DNA of 64,000 nucleotides from Vicinamibacterales bacterium (lineage in GTDB: Bacteria; Acidobacteriota; Vicinamibacteria; Vicinamibacterales; 2-12-FULL-66-21), in the NCBI GenBank assembly GCA_035575695.1, contig DATLXP010000016.1:8125-72124 (forward strand). Direction: 5' to 3'. The notes below the pieces were generated by a model. The model was not told the origin of the DNA. It ran no database searches and worked only from the letters and a program-made list of their open reading frames with translations. Shown in pieces: positions 62,130 through 64,000 of this stretch. The position numbers and the translations under genes were made by a program. The first letter of the stretch is position 1. Each line of letters starts with the position of its first letter.

Positions 62130-62928
62130 ATCTCAGATCTTAGGTTACAGTCCCGTCGTGATCGCATTCTCCGATGTCCATCTCGCCCGGGGCGGTACGC
62201 CGGTCCTGCGTGGCGTGACCTTCGCCGTCGAGGCCGGAGAGACACTCGTGCTCGTCGGCCGCAGCGGCGCCGGAAAGAGCAGCATCCTCAAGCTGATCAA
62301 CAGGATGCTCGTGCCCGACGCCGGGACGATCGAAGTCAACGGCCGCCAGACGACGGACACGGACGGCGTGGCGCTGCGCCGCGCGGCCGGCTATGTGATC
62401 CAGGAGGTCGCGCTCTTTCCCCATCTGACCGTTCGAGACAACGTCGCGCTCGTGCCGCGCCTGCTCGGCTGGGACGAGACGCGCGTGCGGTCGCGCGTGG
62501 ACGAGCTTTTGGGCCTCGTGGGCCTGCCCCCGGACGAGTTCGCGGCGCGCATGCCCGGCGAGGTGTCGGGAGGCCAGCGTCAGCGCGTGGGCGTCGCGCG
62601 CGCACTGGCGGGCGACCCTCCGATCCTGCTGATGGACGAACCCTTTGGTGCGCTGGACCCGGTGACCCGCACCGAGCTGCACGAGGAATTCCGGCGGATC
62701 CAGCGGCTCGTGAAAAAGACCACGATCCTCGTGACGCACGACATGCTGGAAGCGTTCGCCCTCGGAGACCGCATCGGCGTCCTTCATGATGGCGACATGG
62801 CGGCACTCGACACACCATCCGGGATCGCGACGTCCCGGGACCCGCGCGTGCGCGCGCTGCTCGCGCCCCTCGCCGAACTGGCGACGCTGTTGCCCGCTCT
62901 CACCCACGGCCTGACGCGATGGCCCTGA
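62122..62928 (+). CDS. ABC transporter ATP-binding protein (osmoprotectant/glycine-betaine type)
   Basis: GRSGAGKSS, VSGGQRQRV, LLMDEPFGALD. The ATG at 62122 would overlap the divergent gene's 5' end by 8 nt, so the in-frame GTG at 62158 (VIAFSDVHL) is a plausible true start. Confidence 0.88.
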   Translation: MSTSQILGYSPVVIAFSDVHLARGGTPVLRGVTFAVEAGETLVLVGRSGAGKSSILKLINRMLVPDAGTIEVNGRQTTDTDGVALRRAAGYVIQEVALFPHLTVRDNVALVPRLLGWDETRVRSRVDELLGLVGLPPDEFAARMPGEVSGGQRQRVGVARALAGDPPILLMDEPFGALDPVTRTELHEEFRRIQRLVKKTTILVTHDMLEAFALGDRIGVLHDGDMAALDTPSGIATSRDPRVRALLAPLAELATLLPALTHGLTRWP

Positions 62929-64000
62929 TAGAGTTCTGGCGTTCGCACCCGTCCGAGGTGATGGCCCTGCTCTGGCAGCACCTGATGCTCGTGTGTCTCT
63001 CGACGGGGATCGCGACCTGTATCGGCGTGCCGCTCGGCATTTTCGCGGCACGAAACCAGCGAGCGGGCGCGCCGCTCGTGTGGCTGGCCAACGTGGCGCA
63101 GACGATCCCGAGCCTGGCGATGTTCGGCTTTCTGCTGCCCTTGCCGTTCATCGGCGGCCTCGGCGCCCGTGTGGCGACGATCGTCCTGGTCCTTTACGCG
63201 CTGCTGCCGATCATCCGCACCACGTCAGCCGGCCTGCTCGCGATCGACGCCGCGCTCCTCGAAGCGGGCACGGCGCTCGGCATGACGGCCCGGCAGCGGC
63301 TGCGCATCGTGGAGCTGCCGCTGGCCTTGCCGTCGATCGTGGCGGGCATCCGCGTGGCCGCGGTGATCGGCGTCGGCACCGCCACCATCGCGGCCGCGGT
63401 GGGTGCGGGCGGTCTGGGGGAGTACATCTTCCGCGGCCTGTCGATGGTGGACAGTACGATGATCCTCGCCGGGGCCGTACCCGCCGCCGTCGTTGCGCTG
63501 ACGATCGACGGGGCGCTCACACTGCTCGAGCGCAGCCTTCGCTCGAGAAGGAGCGGCAGGCGGCAGCGCAGGACGGTCGGTGCCGTCGTTGCCGTCGGGG
63601 CCGCGCTTGCCGTCCTCGGCGCCGGCGTGGCCATCGCGGCGGCGTTTGGCGGGCGACAGCCAAGCGTCGTTCGCGTCGGTTCGAAGAACTTCACCGAGCA
63701 GATCATCCTTGGCGAGATCACCGCCCAGGCGCTCGAACGCGCGGGCGTGACGGTCGAGCGACGGTTGAATCTCGGGGGCACGTTCATCTGCGACCGCGCC
63801 GTGCGCTCCGGTGACATCGATCTCTACGTCGAGTACTCGGGCACGGCCGCGACGGCAATCTTCAAACAACCCGTCGACACCGACCCCCGGCGGGTGCTGG
63901 CGACCGTCCGCCGCGCGTACGCCGATGTCGGGATCACCGTATTCGAGCCCCTTGGATTCGAGAACACGTTCGCGATACTCGTCAGGGGAGCCGACGCGCG
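62919..64000 (+). CDS. ABC permease fused to a glycine-betaine/choline-type substrate-binding domain; 3' end truncated by the window
   Basis: This ORF is absent from the track because it has no stop in the window. My hand translation from ATG 62919 gives MALIEFWRSHPSEV...QTIPSLAMFGFLLP...VELPLALPSIVAGIR...RVGSKNFTEQIILGEI...YVEYSGTA, open to base 64000. Confidence 0.85.
   Translation, partial: MALIEFWRSHPSEVMALLWQHLMLVCLSTGIATCIGVPLGIFAARNQRAGAPLVWLANVAQTIPSLAMFGFLLPLPFIGGLGARVATIVLVLYALLPIIRTTSAGLLAIDAALLEAGTALGMTARQRLRIVELPLALPSIVAGIRVAAVIGVGTATIAAAVGAGGLGEYIFRGLSMVDSTMILAGAVPAAVVALTIDGALTLLERSLRSRRSGRRQRRTVGAVVAVGAALAVLGAGVAIAAAFGGRQPSVVRVGSKNFTEQIILGEITAQALERAGVTVERRLNLGGTFICDRAVRSGDIDLYVEYSGTAATAIFKQPVDTDPRRVLATVRRAYADVGITVFEPLGFENTFAILVRGADA

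Noticed and set aside
62993-63814. Track ORF 62993-63814 (+) as the gene after the ABC ATPase
   Set aside because: Its translation is Arg/Gly-rich nonsense. The frame starting at ATG 62919 gives a textbook ABC permease fused to a betaine-binding domain and stays open to the end of the window.

Overview
This is a GC-rich chromosomal window from a diderm bacterium. The gene content looks Acidobacteriota-like, but that lineage call is an unverified inference. I support about 60 protein genes, one tRNA-Val(GAC), one tmRNA and several repeat or hairpin elements. Most of the content is core housekeeping. It includes rdgB-rph-GerMN-amidase and the classical thrS-infC-rpmI-rplT-pheS-pheT operon. It also includes zapB-like/zapA/rny/thiL, xseA-xseB-ispA-tlyA-nadK, gatCA, rpoZ, ruvX-mltG, a heterodimeric ABC exporter, a TonB-dependent receptor and an osmoprotectant ABC importer. 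The long antisense ORFs in the six-frame track are high-GC artefacts. Five groups of observations deserve a second look. (1) A family of short-period (7-11 nt) tandem-repeat blocks with a GGTTCA core sits at gene junctions. It forms inverted arrays bracketing a DinB/esterase cassette, a 66-nt heptamer palindrome between rplT and pheS, and 35-nt heptamer blocks absorbed in frame into a peptidase gene. (2) A tightly packed envelope operon has lpxD and lpxB separated by an M16 peptidase pair. The second M16 gene is fused to a LolA-like domain. A secreted protein, a pro-domain-less matrixin lipoprotein and a small OM barrel follow, all translationally coupled. (3) An operon pairs a degenerate LytM (EnvC-like) protein with an S41 protease homologue that has lost the Ser/Asp/Lys residues essential in E. 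coli Prc. (4) pheS carries an in-frame 2 x 36-nt tandem insertion between its CxxC motifs, and pheT lacks the B2 domain. (5) Smaller items include a 260-nt ORF-free gap after zapA that could hold a 6S-type RNA, a probable AUC start for infC, and a VapBC module directly 3' of ssrA. No CRISPR, transposase, integrase or prophage genes are visible. All functional interpretations of the repeats and operons are hypotheses.
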